From: Desulfobulbus propionicus DSM 2032
GTDB taxonomy: Bacteria; Desulfobacterota; Desulfobulbia; Desulfobulbales; Desulfobulbaceae
Direction: 5' to 3'
Length of the DNA stretch: 32,000 bases
Assembly: GCF_000186885.1 (NCBI RefSeq)
Contig: NC_014972.1
Coordinates: 1,830,001 to 1,862,000 of the forward strand
Under the pieces are notes generated by a model that searched no databases, was not told the DNA's origin, and was given only the letters and a program-made list of their open reading frames with translations. Shown piece by piece: positions 1 through 7,670 of this stretch (positions within the stretch are counted from its first letter, which is position 1; every line of letters begins with the position of its first letter). Made by a program: the position numbers and the translations under genes.

Positions 1-188
1 AGATTGAAGCCGCGGAAAAATTGATCGAACAGTCGATCGATGTCGCGGTGAATTTGTACCATTGGATCACCGTGCCGTTGTGGATAAAAGGGGGCCTTGT
101 GTTCGTGTTTCACCGGCACGGTATGCTCGATTTCCTCTTCGTTCTTGAACCAATTCCAGGGGGCCAGTTTTTTCAGTTCCATGGTCAT
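1..188 (-). CDS. Hsp20/alpha-crystallin small heat-shock protein, N-terminal part only (runs off the window edge)
   Basis: Manual reverse translation from the ATG at 188-186 gives MTMELKKLAPWNWFKNEEEIEHTVPVKHEHKAPFYPQRHGDPMVQIHRDIDRLFDQFFRGFN. This looks like a typical sHSP N-terminal arm. A GAGGAG Shine-Dalgarno lies 5-6 nt upstream. The ORF is not in the supplied track because it is truncated by the edge. Confidence 0.7.
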   Translation of the reverse strand, partial: MTMELKKLAPWNWFKNEEEIEHTVPVKHEHKAPFYPQRHGDPMVQIHRDIDRLFDQFFRGFN

Positions 189-232
189 TGCTCCTCTTGC
201 TTCCGTGTTGGTTGTTCGGCGTATCTGCGTTA

Positions 233-619
233 TCAGCCGACCTTGATTTCAATCTGCCTTGGCTTTGCGGCCTCTGACTTGGGCAGATGGAGCCGCAAGA
301 CACCGTTACTGAGCTCGGCATGGACTTTCTCGATATCAATGCTCTGCGGCACGGAGAACGTCCGGCGGAATTCCACCTCGCCAAATTCCCGCCAGGCAGC
401 GGCGCCGCTGGTCACCAGCCGGCGCATGCCGGACAGGGTCATCTTGCCGTTGTCGATGTTGATGGCTATGGCGTCCTTGATCACGCCGGGCATATCGGCA
501 TAGAGCAGAATCTCGCTGTCGTTTTCAAAAATATCCACTTCGGGCGCGACAACCGGCAGCTGTTGAACAAGTTCTCCTGCCTGTTCTTTTCGGGTGACAA
601 CCTCGGTGTTCTCGCTCAT
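233..619 (-). CDS. Hsp20/alpha-crystallin family small heat-shock protein (128 aa)
   Basis: The alpha-crystallin domain pattern is present (VDIFENDSEILLYADMPGV...FRRTFSVPQSIDIEKVHAELSNGVLRLHLPK). An AAGGAGGA SD lies directly upstream (reverse complement of 622-632). Confidence 0.9.
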   Translation of the reverse strand: MSENTEVVTRKEQAGELVQQLPVVAPEVDIFENDSEILLYADMPGVIKDAIAINIDNGKMTLSGMRRLVTSGAAAWREFGEVEFRRTFSVPQSIDIEKVHAELSNGVLRLHLPKSEAAKPRQIEIKVG

Positions 620-664
620 GGGTATCCTCCTTGTTCTGTGTTCGATTTTTGAATGATCGTCGAA

Positions 665-1111
665 TCAATTGATACTGATCTGTCGTGGTTTGGCGGCTTC
701 CGACTTGGGGAGGGTCATTTTGAGCAAGCCATCCTTCAAGGTGGCTTCCACTTTGGAAGCATCTACCTCGTAGGGCAGGGTGAAGCTACGGGAAAAGGAT
801 CCTGTCCCCCGTTCGGTGCGATGGATTTTAAAGGTGTCGGGGGTGTCCGATTTGCGCGCTCCGCTGATTTCCAGATAGTTGCCCTGAATCTTGACCTGCA
901 GATCCTCTTTCAGCACTCCGGGCAGTTCAACGACGATTTCCAGATTATCGCCGGTATCGCTGAGATTGGTGCGCGGAAAGGTATCAGCGGCAACCCATCC
1001 CTGGCCGAGATTGTAGGCCCGGTCGAACTCATTGAATACGTTGTTCATCCGGTTGCGGAACAGATCCATGGCCCCCATCATCTGATGAATGTCATTCCAT
1101 CGGGTAATCAT
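665..1111 (-). CDS. Hsp20/alpha-crystallin family small heat-shock protein (148 aa from the internal ATG)
   Basis: The ORF track gives 665..1156. I prefer Met16 (ATG at 1111-1109) because AAGGAGGAG lies 6 nt upstream and the product then starts MITRWNDIHQMM. The domain pattern is NLEIVVELPGV...FSRSFTLPYEVDASKVEATLKDGLLKMTLPK. Confidence 0.88.
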   Translation of the reverse strand: MITRWNDIHQMMGAMDLFRNRMNNVFNEFDRAYNLGQGWVAADTFPRTNLSDTGDNLEIVVELPGVLKEDLQVKIQGNYLEISGARKSDTPDTFKIHRTERGTGSFSRSFTLPYEVDASKVEATLKDGLLKMTLPKSEAAKPRQISIN

Positions 1112-1185
1112 CTTGTCTCCTCCTTTTCGTGAGTGTGTAGGGTATGTTCCGATCATGCATGACCCCGTCTTTGTGTTGTAGTTGA

Positions 1186-1213
1186 ACTATAAGTATGACA
1201 AATAGCCAGTCAA
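1186..1213 (-). promoter_or_regulatory. Candidate sigma70-type promoter for the Hsp20 operon (TTGACT-N16-TATAGT on the minus strand)
   Basis: The reverse complement of 1208-1213 is TTGACT and of 1186-1191 is TATAGT, with a 16-nt spacer. It sits in an AT-rich island about 70 nt upstream of the first hsp20 ATG. Confidence 0.4.
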
Positions 1214-1307
1214 TGCGACTTATGAATATTTTGGTTGCATTACTTATTGTGAAAATTTATCAATAGTAATGAAATGGTATGAATGAGCAGTAAGAAGGAG
1301 GTGTGCG

Positions 1308-1907
1308 ATGAGTGATGAACAGGATGGAAAAAAATACGGGGAGGGGCTATTGGCTGGTTTGTCCGCCGATACCCTGCGGGGCCGGCAATCGGTACGGGCG
1401 ACTTTTCGTCTGCCGTCGCAGGTGATAGCGTTACTCAGCCTAGCCGCCAACCAGTTGGGATTGAAGCAGAAATCGCTCTTCGATCAGCTAGTGGAAGACC
1501 GGGAGGTGCTGAAACAGCTCGCCCAGGCCGCCGGTTCGTATTCGCCAAGCGGTGAACAGCGGCAGCAAAAGACCTTTGTGGTCAGCCGCAACTCGCTGCT
1601 GTCGCTCGAATATGTAGCCAAGGCCTGCGGTTTGCCGCGTGATCTCCTGGTGGAGTTGTCCATTCGACGACTGTTGCCGGTGATGAGTTCGGAGCAGGAA
1701 AAACAGAAGAAAAGGCGGGCGGTCCTGGCCGAGATGGAATCGTTTCTGCAACAAGGTCAGGCTTTGTGGGCGAGCGCCGAGCAATTGCTCGGCGAAACTG
1801 ATGACACCACCAGGCAGCTCGCCATGGTGTTGCTGCACTGTGAACGGGCGGTCAACGATCTGCGCCAGGCTATTGACCAGGGAAAAGAAATCGAGGGATA
1901 TCAATAA
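1308..1907 (+). CDS. Hypothetical protein (199 aa) with two ribbon-helix-helix-like repeats and a helical C-terminal region
   Basis: A strong SD (AAGGAGG) lies 7 nt before the ATG. Two beta-strand-plus-helix segments recur: ATFRLPSQVIALLSLAANQLGLKQKSLFDQLVE and KTFVVSRNSLLSLEYVAKACGLPRDLLVELSIRRLL. I did not recognise a family. Confidence 0.6.
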   Translation: MSDEQDGKKYGEGLLAGLSADTLRGRQSVRATFRLPSQVIALLSLAANQLGLKQKSLFDQLVEDREVLKQLAQAAGSYSPSGEQRQQKTFVVSRNSLLSLEYVAKACGLPRDLLVELSIRRLLPVMSSEQEKQKKRRAVLAEMESFLQQGQALWASAEQLLGETDDTTRQLAMVLLHCERAVNDLRQAIDQGKEIEGYQ

Positions 1908-2036
1908 GCATCGCTGTGCATTGACCACATGGTGGTGGTCTTGGGTCACAATTCAACATCTTGGAAATATGAGAAATATTTATAATATATTGTTTTTACA
2001 ATAAAATATCCGCATAAATTTTTTTGATTAAATAGT

Positions 2037-2065
2037 TTGACAGTAACGTCTTATTTTGTCATAAT
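2037..2065 (+). promoter_or_regulatory. Candidate sigma70 promoter of the rex-hydCBA operon (TTGACA-N17-CATAAT)
   Basis: TTGACA is at 2037-2042 and CATAAT at 2060-2065, with an exact 17-nt spacer. It lies in a 250-bp AT-rich island upstream of rex. Confidence 0.55.
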
Positions 2066-2069
2066 AAAT

Positions 2070-2089
2070 ATCGAGAATTAATTCTCGAT
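2070..2089. promoter_or_regulatory. Perfect 20-bp palindrome ATCGAGAATTAATTCTCGAT, a candidate Rex-type operator overlapping the predicted transcription start
   Basis: The sequence is an exact reverse complement of itself. It begins 5 nt after the -10 hexamer. The inner 18 bp (TCGAGAA-N4-TTCTCGA) share the GAA-N4-TTC core and spacing of the Rex consensus TTGTGAA-N4-TTCACAA (consensus recalled from memory). Confidence 0.5.
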
Positions 2090-2163
2090 AGCAATCACCC
2101 CGACAAAGCGGGGCGCAGGGTAATCGGTATTTCATTCTTCATTCATGCTCAAGGGTGCGGGAT

Positions 2164-2856
2164 ATGGAAAACAAGACAGTACGGCCGATCCGGAAGAGTG
2201 AAAAGGGCGTGCCGGAGCCGACACTGCGTCGTTTGCCGTTGTATTACCGCCTCTTGAAACAGTTGCGCGAGGTCGGTCGCTCCGGCGTCTCCTGCACCAT
2301 GATCGGCACCGAACTCAAGCTCGATGCCACTCAGGTTCGCAAAGACATCGAGATGACCGGCACCGTGGGACGGCCGAAGGTGGGATACGATGTCAACGAG
2401 CTAATCTGCGCCATCGAAAAATTTCTCGGTTGGGACATCTCCACCGAGGCCTTTCTCGTCGGTGCGGGCAGCCTGGGGGAAGCGCTGATGGGCTACCCCG
2501 GCTTTGCCGAGTGCGGTCTTGATATCGTGGCCGCCTTCGATGTCGACCCGAACAAATGCCATCGGGTCATTCACGGCAAGCATGTCCGCCACATCAGCAA
2601 GCTGCCCGGCCTGATGCGCCGAATGCGCGTTCGTTTCGGGATTATCACTGTTCCCGCGTCCGAGGCCCAGCAGGCGGCCGACTTGCTGGTCGAGGGCGGG
2701 GTATTGGCCATTTGGAATTTTGCCCCGGCAAAGATACACGTGCCGGACCGTGTCATTGTGACCAACGAAGATCTGTACTGCTCGCTGGCCGTCCTGTCGC
2801 AAAAAATGACCAGGAAGCTGGCCGAGTCCCGTTCAAAAGGAGTATCCAAATCATGA
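2164..2856 (+). CDS. rex: Redox-sensing transcriptional repressor Rex
   Basis: The N-terminal winged-helix signature is present (PEPTLRRLPLYYRLLKQL...VSCTMIGTELKLDATQVRKDI). A Rossmann GxGxxG follows (LVGAGSLGEAL). I prefer the ATG at 2164 over the track GTG at 2155. The stop overlaps the next start (ATGA). Confidence 0.92.
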   Translation: MENKTVRPIRKSEKGVPEPTLRRLPLYYRLLKQLREVGRSGVSCTMIGTELKLDATQVRKDIEMTGTVGRPKVGYDVNELICAIEKFLGWDISTEAFLVGAGSLGEALMGYPGFAECGLDIVAAFDVDPNKCHRVIHGKHVRHISKLPGLMRRMRVRFGIITVPASEAQQAADLLVEGGVLAIWNFAPAKIHVPDRVIVTNEDLYCSLAVLSQKMTRKLAESRSKGVSKS

Positions 2857-3368
2857 CCACACTTGAGCAGGATGCCGTATCGCAAACGCCTGCGCGCCGT
2901 TACGAAAAAGTTTGCACGATCCTTGAACAGCACGACAACCAACCACAACGACTGATTCCTATCCTTCAAGCCGTCCAGGAGGAGTACCGCTATCTGCCCG
3001 AAGACGTGCTCACTTTTGTCGCCGCCGGCCTTGATGTGCCGCCGGCGCGTGTCTACGGCGTGGCTACCTTCTATTCCCACTTCGCCCTCGAACCCAAGGG
3101 CAAGTACTGCATCCGCTTGTGCGACGGCACCGCCTGCCATGTCAAACGTTCCATTCCCATCCTGGAGGCCATCTACAAGCGGCTGGGCCTGTCCAGCAAG
3201 CGCACCACCACCGAGGACATGCTGTTCACCGTGGAGACCGTCGCTTGTCTCGGCGCCTGCGGCCTGGCGCCGGTGGTGGTGATCAACGAGGAGGTGCATG
3301 GCCAGATGACGCCTGAAGCAGCCATTCAACTCATCAACGAGATCGAGGAGCGGGAGAAGGTATCATGA
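2853..3368 (+). CDS. hydC: [FeFe]-hydrogenase small electron-transfer subunit, NuoE-like thioredoxin-like [2Fe-2S] protein (HydC/HndA type)
   Basis: The start is Met100 of track ORF 2556..3368 (MTTLEQD...). The NuoE pattern is present: CDGTAC...CLGAC (Cx4C...Cx3C) and VATFYSHF. ATGA overlaps occur at both ends. Confidence 0.9.
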   Translation: MTTLEQDAVSQTPARRYEKVCTILEQHDNQPQRLIPILQAVQEEYRYLPEDVLTFVAAGLDVPPARVYGVATFYSHFALEPKGKYCIRLCDGTACHVKRSIPILEAIYKRLGLSSKRTTTEDMLFTVETVACLGACGLAPVVVINEEVHGQMTPEAAIQLINEIEEREKVS

Positions 3369-5266
3369 ACACCATGCAACAAACAGTGAATAATGCCGAC
3401 CCGTTGATGGGTGCCCAACGACGGGTGGTGATCTGCGCCGGCACCGGCTGCGTCGCCAACGGCGCCATGAAGGTCCATGCCGCCTTTCAGCAGCGGATGG
3501 CCGAGAAGAATCTACCCTTTGTCCTCGAACTCCGGGAAGAAAACGACAATAGCGGCAAGACCGCCTTCACCCGCAGCGGCTGTCAGGGGTTCTGTCAGAT
3601 GGGGCCGCTGGTGACGGTCCTGCCGGAGAACATCCTCTACACCCAGGTCAAACCGGCCGATATCGACGAAATCATCGAGACCAGCCTGATCGGCGGCGGG
3701 GTCGTCGAGCGGCTGTTGTACAGCGAGCCAGGCAACGGGCACGCGTGCAAGGGCACCGACGACATCCCCTTCTACACCCGCCAGCAGCGGTTCGTGCTCG
3801 GCGACTGCGGCACCATCGATCCGGAAAGCATTGACGAATACCTGCGCAACGGCGGCTATGAGGCGGCCAAGAAGGCTTTTCTGCAGATGTCGCCCGAGGC
3901 GATCTGCACCGAGATCTCCGAATCCGGCCTGCGCGGCCGAGGCGGCGGCGGCTTTCCCACCGGCCGCAAGTGGGAGGCGGCCCGCCGTCAGGCAGGAGAC
4001 AAGAAGTATGTCATCTGTAACGCCGACGAGGGCGACCCCGGTGCGTTCATGAACCGCAGCGTCATGGAGGGCAACCCCCACAGCGTCATCGAAGGTCTGA
4101 TGATCGCCGCCCGGGCCATCGGCGCCGACGAGACCCTGGTCTATGTGCGCGCCGAGTATCCGTTGGCGGTCGAACGCATGCGGCGTGCGGTCAAGGATGC
4201 CACCGCCCGTGGCATTCTCGGCGAAAACGTCTTTGGTTCCGGACTCAACATCAGCTGCGAGATCATGGAAGGGGCGGGTGCCTTTGTCTGCGGCGAGGAG
4301 ACGGCGATGATCGCCTCCATCGAGGGGCAGCGCGGCATGCCCCGGCCCAAGCCGCCGTTTCCGGCGCAAAGCGGTTTGTGGGGCAAGCCGACCATCATCA
4401 ACAACGTCGAGACCCTCGCCCACGCGGTACGCATTGTCCGCGAAGGGGCCATCCGTTTCCGCCAACTGGGCACCCCTGGTTCCCCGGGCACCAAGACTTT
4501 TGCCCTCACCGGCCATGTGGCCAACACCGGTCTGATCGAGGTGCCGTTTGGCACCACCCTGCGGGAGATCGTCCACAACATCGGCGGCGGCGTCACCAAG
4601 AGTGACGGCAGCATCGATCCTACCGGGTTCAAGGCGGTGCAGATCGGCGGGCCTTCGGGCGGCTGTCTGACCCAGGAGCACCTCGATCTGCCCATGGATT
4701 TCGACTCCTTGCGCACCGTGGGCGCCATGGTGGGCAGCGGCGGCCTGGTGGCCATGAACCAGGACACCTGCATGGTGTCGGTGGCCCGGTTCTTCATGGA
4801 GTTCACCCAGCGCGAGAGCTGCGGCAAGTGCGTGCTCTGCCGGGAGGGTACCCGCCAGATGCTGGCCCTGATGGACGACATCATCGAGGGGCGGGCCGAC
4901 GAGACCACCCTGCCGCTGCTCAGGGAACTGGCCGTGGCGGTGCAGAAGGGCTCGCTGTGCGGCCTGGGCAAGACCGCGCCCAATCCGGTGCTCTCCACCC
5001 TGCGTCATTTTCCGGAAGAGTACGAGGCTCATGTCCGCGACAAGGTCTGTCCGGCCGGTCAGTGCAAGGCCCTACTCAAGCCGTGGATCAATGCCGAGAA
5101 GTGCAAGGGCTGCGGCAAGTGCGCCAAGAAATGCCCGGTGGAGGCGATCAGCGGCGAACTCAAACAGCCGCATGTGATCGATCAGGACAAGTGTATCAAG
5201 TGCGGGGCCTGCCTGCAGTCCTGCAAATTCGGGGCAGTCGAGGGATTGCAAGGAGGTCAGGCATGA
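3365..5266 (+). CDS. hydB: [FeFe]-hydrogenase flavoprotein subunit, NuoF-like (HydB/HndC type)
   Basis: The N-terminal Trx-like domain has CAGTGC...CQGFC. The NuoF FMN/NADH region has [14 protein letters not shown] and a [11 protein letters not shown]-type segment. A [4Fe-4S] motif is [10 protein letters not shown]...C. The C-terminus has 2x CxxCxxCxxxCP ([23 protein letters not shown]). Confidence 0.95.
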   Translation: MNTMQQTVNNADPLMGAQRRVVICAGTGCVANGAMKVHAAFQQRMAEKNLPFVLELREENDNSGKTAFTRSGCQGFCQMGPLVTVLPENILYTQVKPADIDEIIETSLIGGGVVERLLYSEPGNGHACKGTDDIPFYTRQQRFVLGDCGTIDPESIDEYLRNGGYEAAKKAFLQMSPEAICTEISESGLRGRGGGGFPTGRKWEAARRQAGDKKYVICNADEGDPGAFMNRSVMEGNPHSVIEGLMIAARAIGADETLVYVRAEYPLAVERMRRAVKDATARGILGENVFGSGLNISCEIMEGAGAFVCGEETAMIASIEGQRGMPRPKPPFPAQSGLWGKPTIINNVETLAHAVRIVREGAIRFRQLGTPGSPGTKTFALTGHVANTGLIEVPFGTTLREIVHNIGGGVTKSDGSIDPTGFKAVQIGGPSGGCLTQEHLDLPMDFDSLRTVGAMVGSGGLVAMNQDTCMVSVARFFMEFTQRESCGKCVLCREGTRQMLALMDDIIEGRADETTLPLLRELAVAVQKGSLCGLGKTAPNPVLSTLRHFPEEYEAHVRDKVCPAGQCKALLKPWINAEKCKGCGKCAKKCPVEAISGELKQPHVIDQDKCIKCGACLQSCKFGAVEGLQGGQA

Positions 5267-7314
5267 TGAAGACGAAAACCGCCGCCCTCACCATTGACGG
5301 CCGCAAGGTGGCCATCGAGGGCGAGAAGAACCTGTTGGAGCTGGTGCGCAAGGCGGGCATCGACCTGCCCACCTTCTGTTATCACTCCGACCTGAGCGTT
5401 TACGGCGCCTGCCGCCTCTGTCTGGTCGACGTCGAGGGCCGCGGCATTCTCGGCGCCTGTTCGACCCCGCCGGAGCCGGGGTTGGTGGTGCGCACCAACA
5501 CCGAGGAGCTGCGCGAGATCCGCAAGATTTCAGTGGAACTGCTCCTGGCCAATCACGACCGGGAGTGCACCAGCTGCGTGCGCAGCGGCTCCTGTCAGTT
5601 GCAGGACATCGCCCGCCGGCTGGGGATCACCAAGATCCGCTACCGCTCCATCCACCAGCCCAAACCGGTGGATACCTCCAGTCCGTCGCTGATCCGTGAT
5701 CCCAACAAGTGCGTGCTCTGCGGCGACTGTGTCCGCTTCTGCGATGAGATTCAGAGTATCGGCGCCATCGATTTCGCTTTCCGGGGTCACGATGCCATGG
5801 TGCTGCCTGCCTTTGGCCATGATCTCGGCACCACCGAGTGCGTCAACTGCGGTCAGTGTGCCTCGGTCTGCCCCACCGGCGCCCTGGCACCGGCCTCGGA
5901 GATCGATGCGGTGTGGAAGGCGATCCACGATCCCAACACCGTGGTGGTGGCTCAGATCGCCCCGGCGGTGCGGGTGGCCATCGGCGAGCAGTTCGGTCTG
6001 GAGTACGGGCTCAACACCACCGGCCAGGTGGTGGCGGCCATGAAGCGGATGGGGTTTAACATCGTCTACGACACCAGCTTCACCGCCGACCTCACCGTGG
6101 TCGAGGAGGCGGGTGAGTTCATGGCCCGCAAGACCAACGGCGAGCGATTGCCGCTGTTCACCAGCTGTTGCCCGGGCTGGGTCAAGTTTGCCGAGCAGTA
6201 TTTCCCGCAGCTCTTGGGTAACCTCAGCTCCTGCCGTTCGCCGCAGCAGATGATGGGGTCCATGGTCAAGCACACCCTGCCGGCGCAGCTCGGTCGGGAG
6301 CGCAAGGATGTGGTCATGGTGTCGATCATGCCCTGCACGGCCAAGAAGTTCGAGGCCAAACGGCCGGAGTTCAAGACCGGTGGCTCGCCGGACGTGGATT
6401 TCGTCCTCACCACCCAGGAACTGGCGAGGATGATCGAGGAGTCGGGTCTGAGCCTCAACAAGCTCAATCCGGCCAGCTTCGACATGCCCATGGGTTTCAA
6501 GACCGGTGCCGGGGTCATCTTCGGCAACTCCGGCGGCGTCACCGAGGCAGTGCTGCGTTATGCGGTGGGCAAGATCACCGGCCAGAACCCGGTCGATCCT
6601 GAGTTCGAGGAGATCCGCGGCGAAGAGTCGCTACGCGTCATCCGCACCGAGGTCGGCGGCCTGGAGCTGAAACTGGCCATTGTCCACGGCCTGGGCAAGG
6701 CCCGCGAGGTGATGCACCAGATTCTCGACGGCTCGCTGATCGTCGATCTGGTCGAGGTCATGGCCTGTCCGGGCGGCTGCATCGGCGGCGCCGGCCAGCC
6801 GGTGGGCCGCGACATCGCCGAACGGCGGCGGGCGCGTACCGAATGGCTGTACAACACCGACCGGTTGCTCGATCTGCACTGCTCGCAGGAGAACCACTTC
6901 GTGAACGAGTGCTATCAGAAGTACTTGGGCGAACCGGGCAGTCGCGAGTCCCATCGTCTGCTCCATACCCACTACCACCACCGCCGCCGCACCGGCAGCG
7001 AGGAACTGGCCCTGGCCAAGGCCAAGGAGAGCGGCGACGGCGTGCTGACCGTGCGGGTCTGCGCCGGCACCGGCTGCTTTCTGCGCAACTCCCAGGCCAT
7101 TATCCAGGGCCTGATGAAACATGTCGAGGCCAACGACCTCGACGACAAGGTCCAGGTGCAGGCTTCCTTCTGCTTCGAGATGTGCGGCGAGGGACCCAAT
7201 GTGGCGGTGGGCGACACCATCATCAACCACGCCACCCTGGATGTGGTGATCAACGCCGTCCATGCCGAACTGGCACAGATGGCCTCGGGCCAGATGCAGG
7301 CCGACGCCTGCTGA
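5263..7314 (+). CDS. hydA: [FeFe]-hydrogenase catalytic subunit with N-terminal [2Fe-2S]/[4Fe-4S] ferredoxin domains and a C-terminal thioredoxin-like [2Fe-2S] domain
   Basis: The start is Met146 of track ORF 4828..7314 ([13 protein letters not shown]), overlapping the hydB stop. All three canonical H-cluster motifs are present: TSCCPGW, MPCTAKKFEA and EVMACPGGCIGGAGQP. The C-terminal tail has CAGTGC...CFEMC. Confidence 0.95.
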   Translation: MMKTKTAALTIDGRKVAIEGEKNLLELVRKAGIDLPTFCYHSDLSVYGACRLCLVDVEGRGILGACSTPPEPGLVVRTNTEELREIRKISVELLLANHDRECTSCVRSGSCQLQDIARRLGITKIRYRSIHQPKPVDTSSPSLIRDPNKCVLCGDCVRFCDEIQSIGAIDFAFRGHDAMVLPAFGHDLGTTECVNCGQCASVCPTGALAPASEIDAVWKAIHDPNTVVVAQIAPAVRVAIGEQFGLEYGLNTTGQVVAAMKRMGFNIVYDTSFTADLTVVEEAGEFMARKTNGERLPLFTSCCPGWVKFAEQYFPQLLGNLSSCRSPQQMMGSMVKHTLPAQLGRERKDVVMVSIMPCTAKKFEAKRPEFKTGGSPDVDFVLTTQELARMIEESGLSLNKLNPASFDMPMGFKTGAGVIFGNSGGVTEAVLRYAVGKITGQNPVDPEFEEIRGEESLRVIRTEVGGLELKLAIVHGLGKAREVMHQILDGSLIVDLVEVMACPGGCIGGAGQPVGRDIAERRRARTEWLYNTDRLLDLHCSQENHFVNECYQKYLGEPGSRESHRLLHTHYHHRRRTGSEELALAKAKESGDGVLTVRVCAGTGCFLRNSQAIIQGLMKHVEANDLDDKVQVQASFCFEMCGEGPNVAVGDTIINHATLDVVINAVHAELAQMASGQMQADAC

Positions 7315-7331
7315 GCACGGCATAAACGAGC

Positions 7332-7367
7332 GCTCCCGCCGGGATCTGTGCGGTATCCGGCGGGAGC
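7332..7367 (+). terminator. GC-rich hairpin 18 nt after the hydA stop, a possible partial terminator
   Basis: GCTCCCGCCGG (7332-7342) pairs with CCGGCGGGAGC (7357-7367). It is followed by CTGTTCATTGATTCATGTTT, which is T-containing but not a clean U-run. Confidence 0.4.
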
Positions 7368-7389
7368 TGTTCATTGATTCATGTTTCGC

Positions 7390-7438
7390 TCCTCCGTGGC
7401 GTGGCCGCTTTCGCGACAGGCGGCCGTGCCGCGGAGGA
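7390..7438 (+). other. Long imperfect hairpin (19 paired positions including 3 G-U pairs), foldable only as a + strand RNA
   Basis: TCCTCCGTGGCGTGGCCGC (7390-7408) pairs with GCGGCCGTGCCGCGGAGGA (7420-7438). The three non-Watson-Crick positions are G-U on the + transcript but would be C-A mismatches on the opposite strand. Confidence 0.4.
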
Positions 7439-7516
7439 ATTGCGCAGAAAAGGCATCCGGTCACGATGCTCAATAAATTCGACAACGCTCCCAGACTACT
7501 CCAAGATGCGCTGCGT

Positions 7517-7546
7517 GGACTCCGGTATGGGCTGATACCGGAGTCC
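7517..7546 (+). other. Perfect 12-bp stem with a 6-nt loop in the hydA/aspA-like intergenic region
   Basis: GGACTCCGGTAT gggctg ATACCGGAGTCC is an exact inverted repeat. No U-run follows it. Confidence 0.4.
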
Positions 7547-7670
7547 TGTCGATTCGCTCCCCGTCCTTCTGATTTTCCCTTGGCCGCCCCCTTAGTCCGT
7601 CTTACTATTGGCCCATGATTGCCTCCATTTTCGTTCTTCACCTCTCTTTTCCCTTCCGAGAGTAACCGGT

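Noticed and set aside
1990-2001. TTGTTTTTACAA as a second Rex half-site pair
   Set aside because: Only the outer TTGT/ACAA match, and the element is 12 bp rather than 18 bp. It sits in very AT-rich DNA where such matches are expected by chance.
3512-5032. 506-aa ORF antisense to hydB
   Set aside because: It is a shadow ORF typical of high-GC DNA. The product is rich in Gly/Ala/Arg/His/Leu with no recognisable motif. The opposite strand encodes a motif-perfect NuoF-like protein.
4828-5262. N-terminal extensions of track ORFs (hydA from 4828, hydE from 10149, hydS from 11338, hydC from 2556, rlmH from 27121, gmhB from 31061, ycaO from 28351)
   Set aside because: The extended parts overlap the preceding genes in another frame and are Arg/Pro/Gly-rich nonsense. 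Internal Met codons at stop/start overlaps give N-termini that match the families.
7466-7618. 50-aa ORF (MLNKFDNAPRLL...) inside the hydA/aspA-like gap, as a possible small maturation factor
   Set aside because: It has no SD and is the tail of a frame that overlaps hydA. The perfect hairpin at 7517-7546 sits inside it, so an RNA structure is the simpler explanation.
7609-7622. Sigma54-like TGGCCC...TTGC upstream of the aspA-like gene
   Set aside because: The GG and GC elements are spaced one nucleotide too close (9 rather than 10 intervening nt). Sigma54 promoters do not tolerate this.
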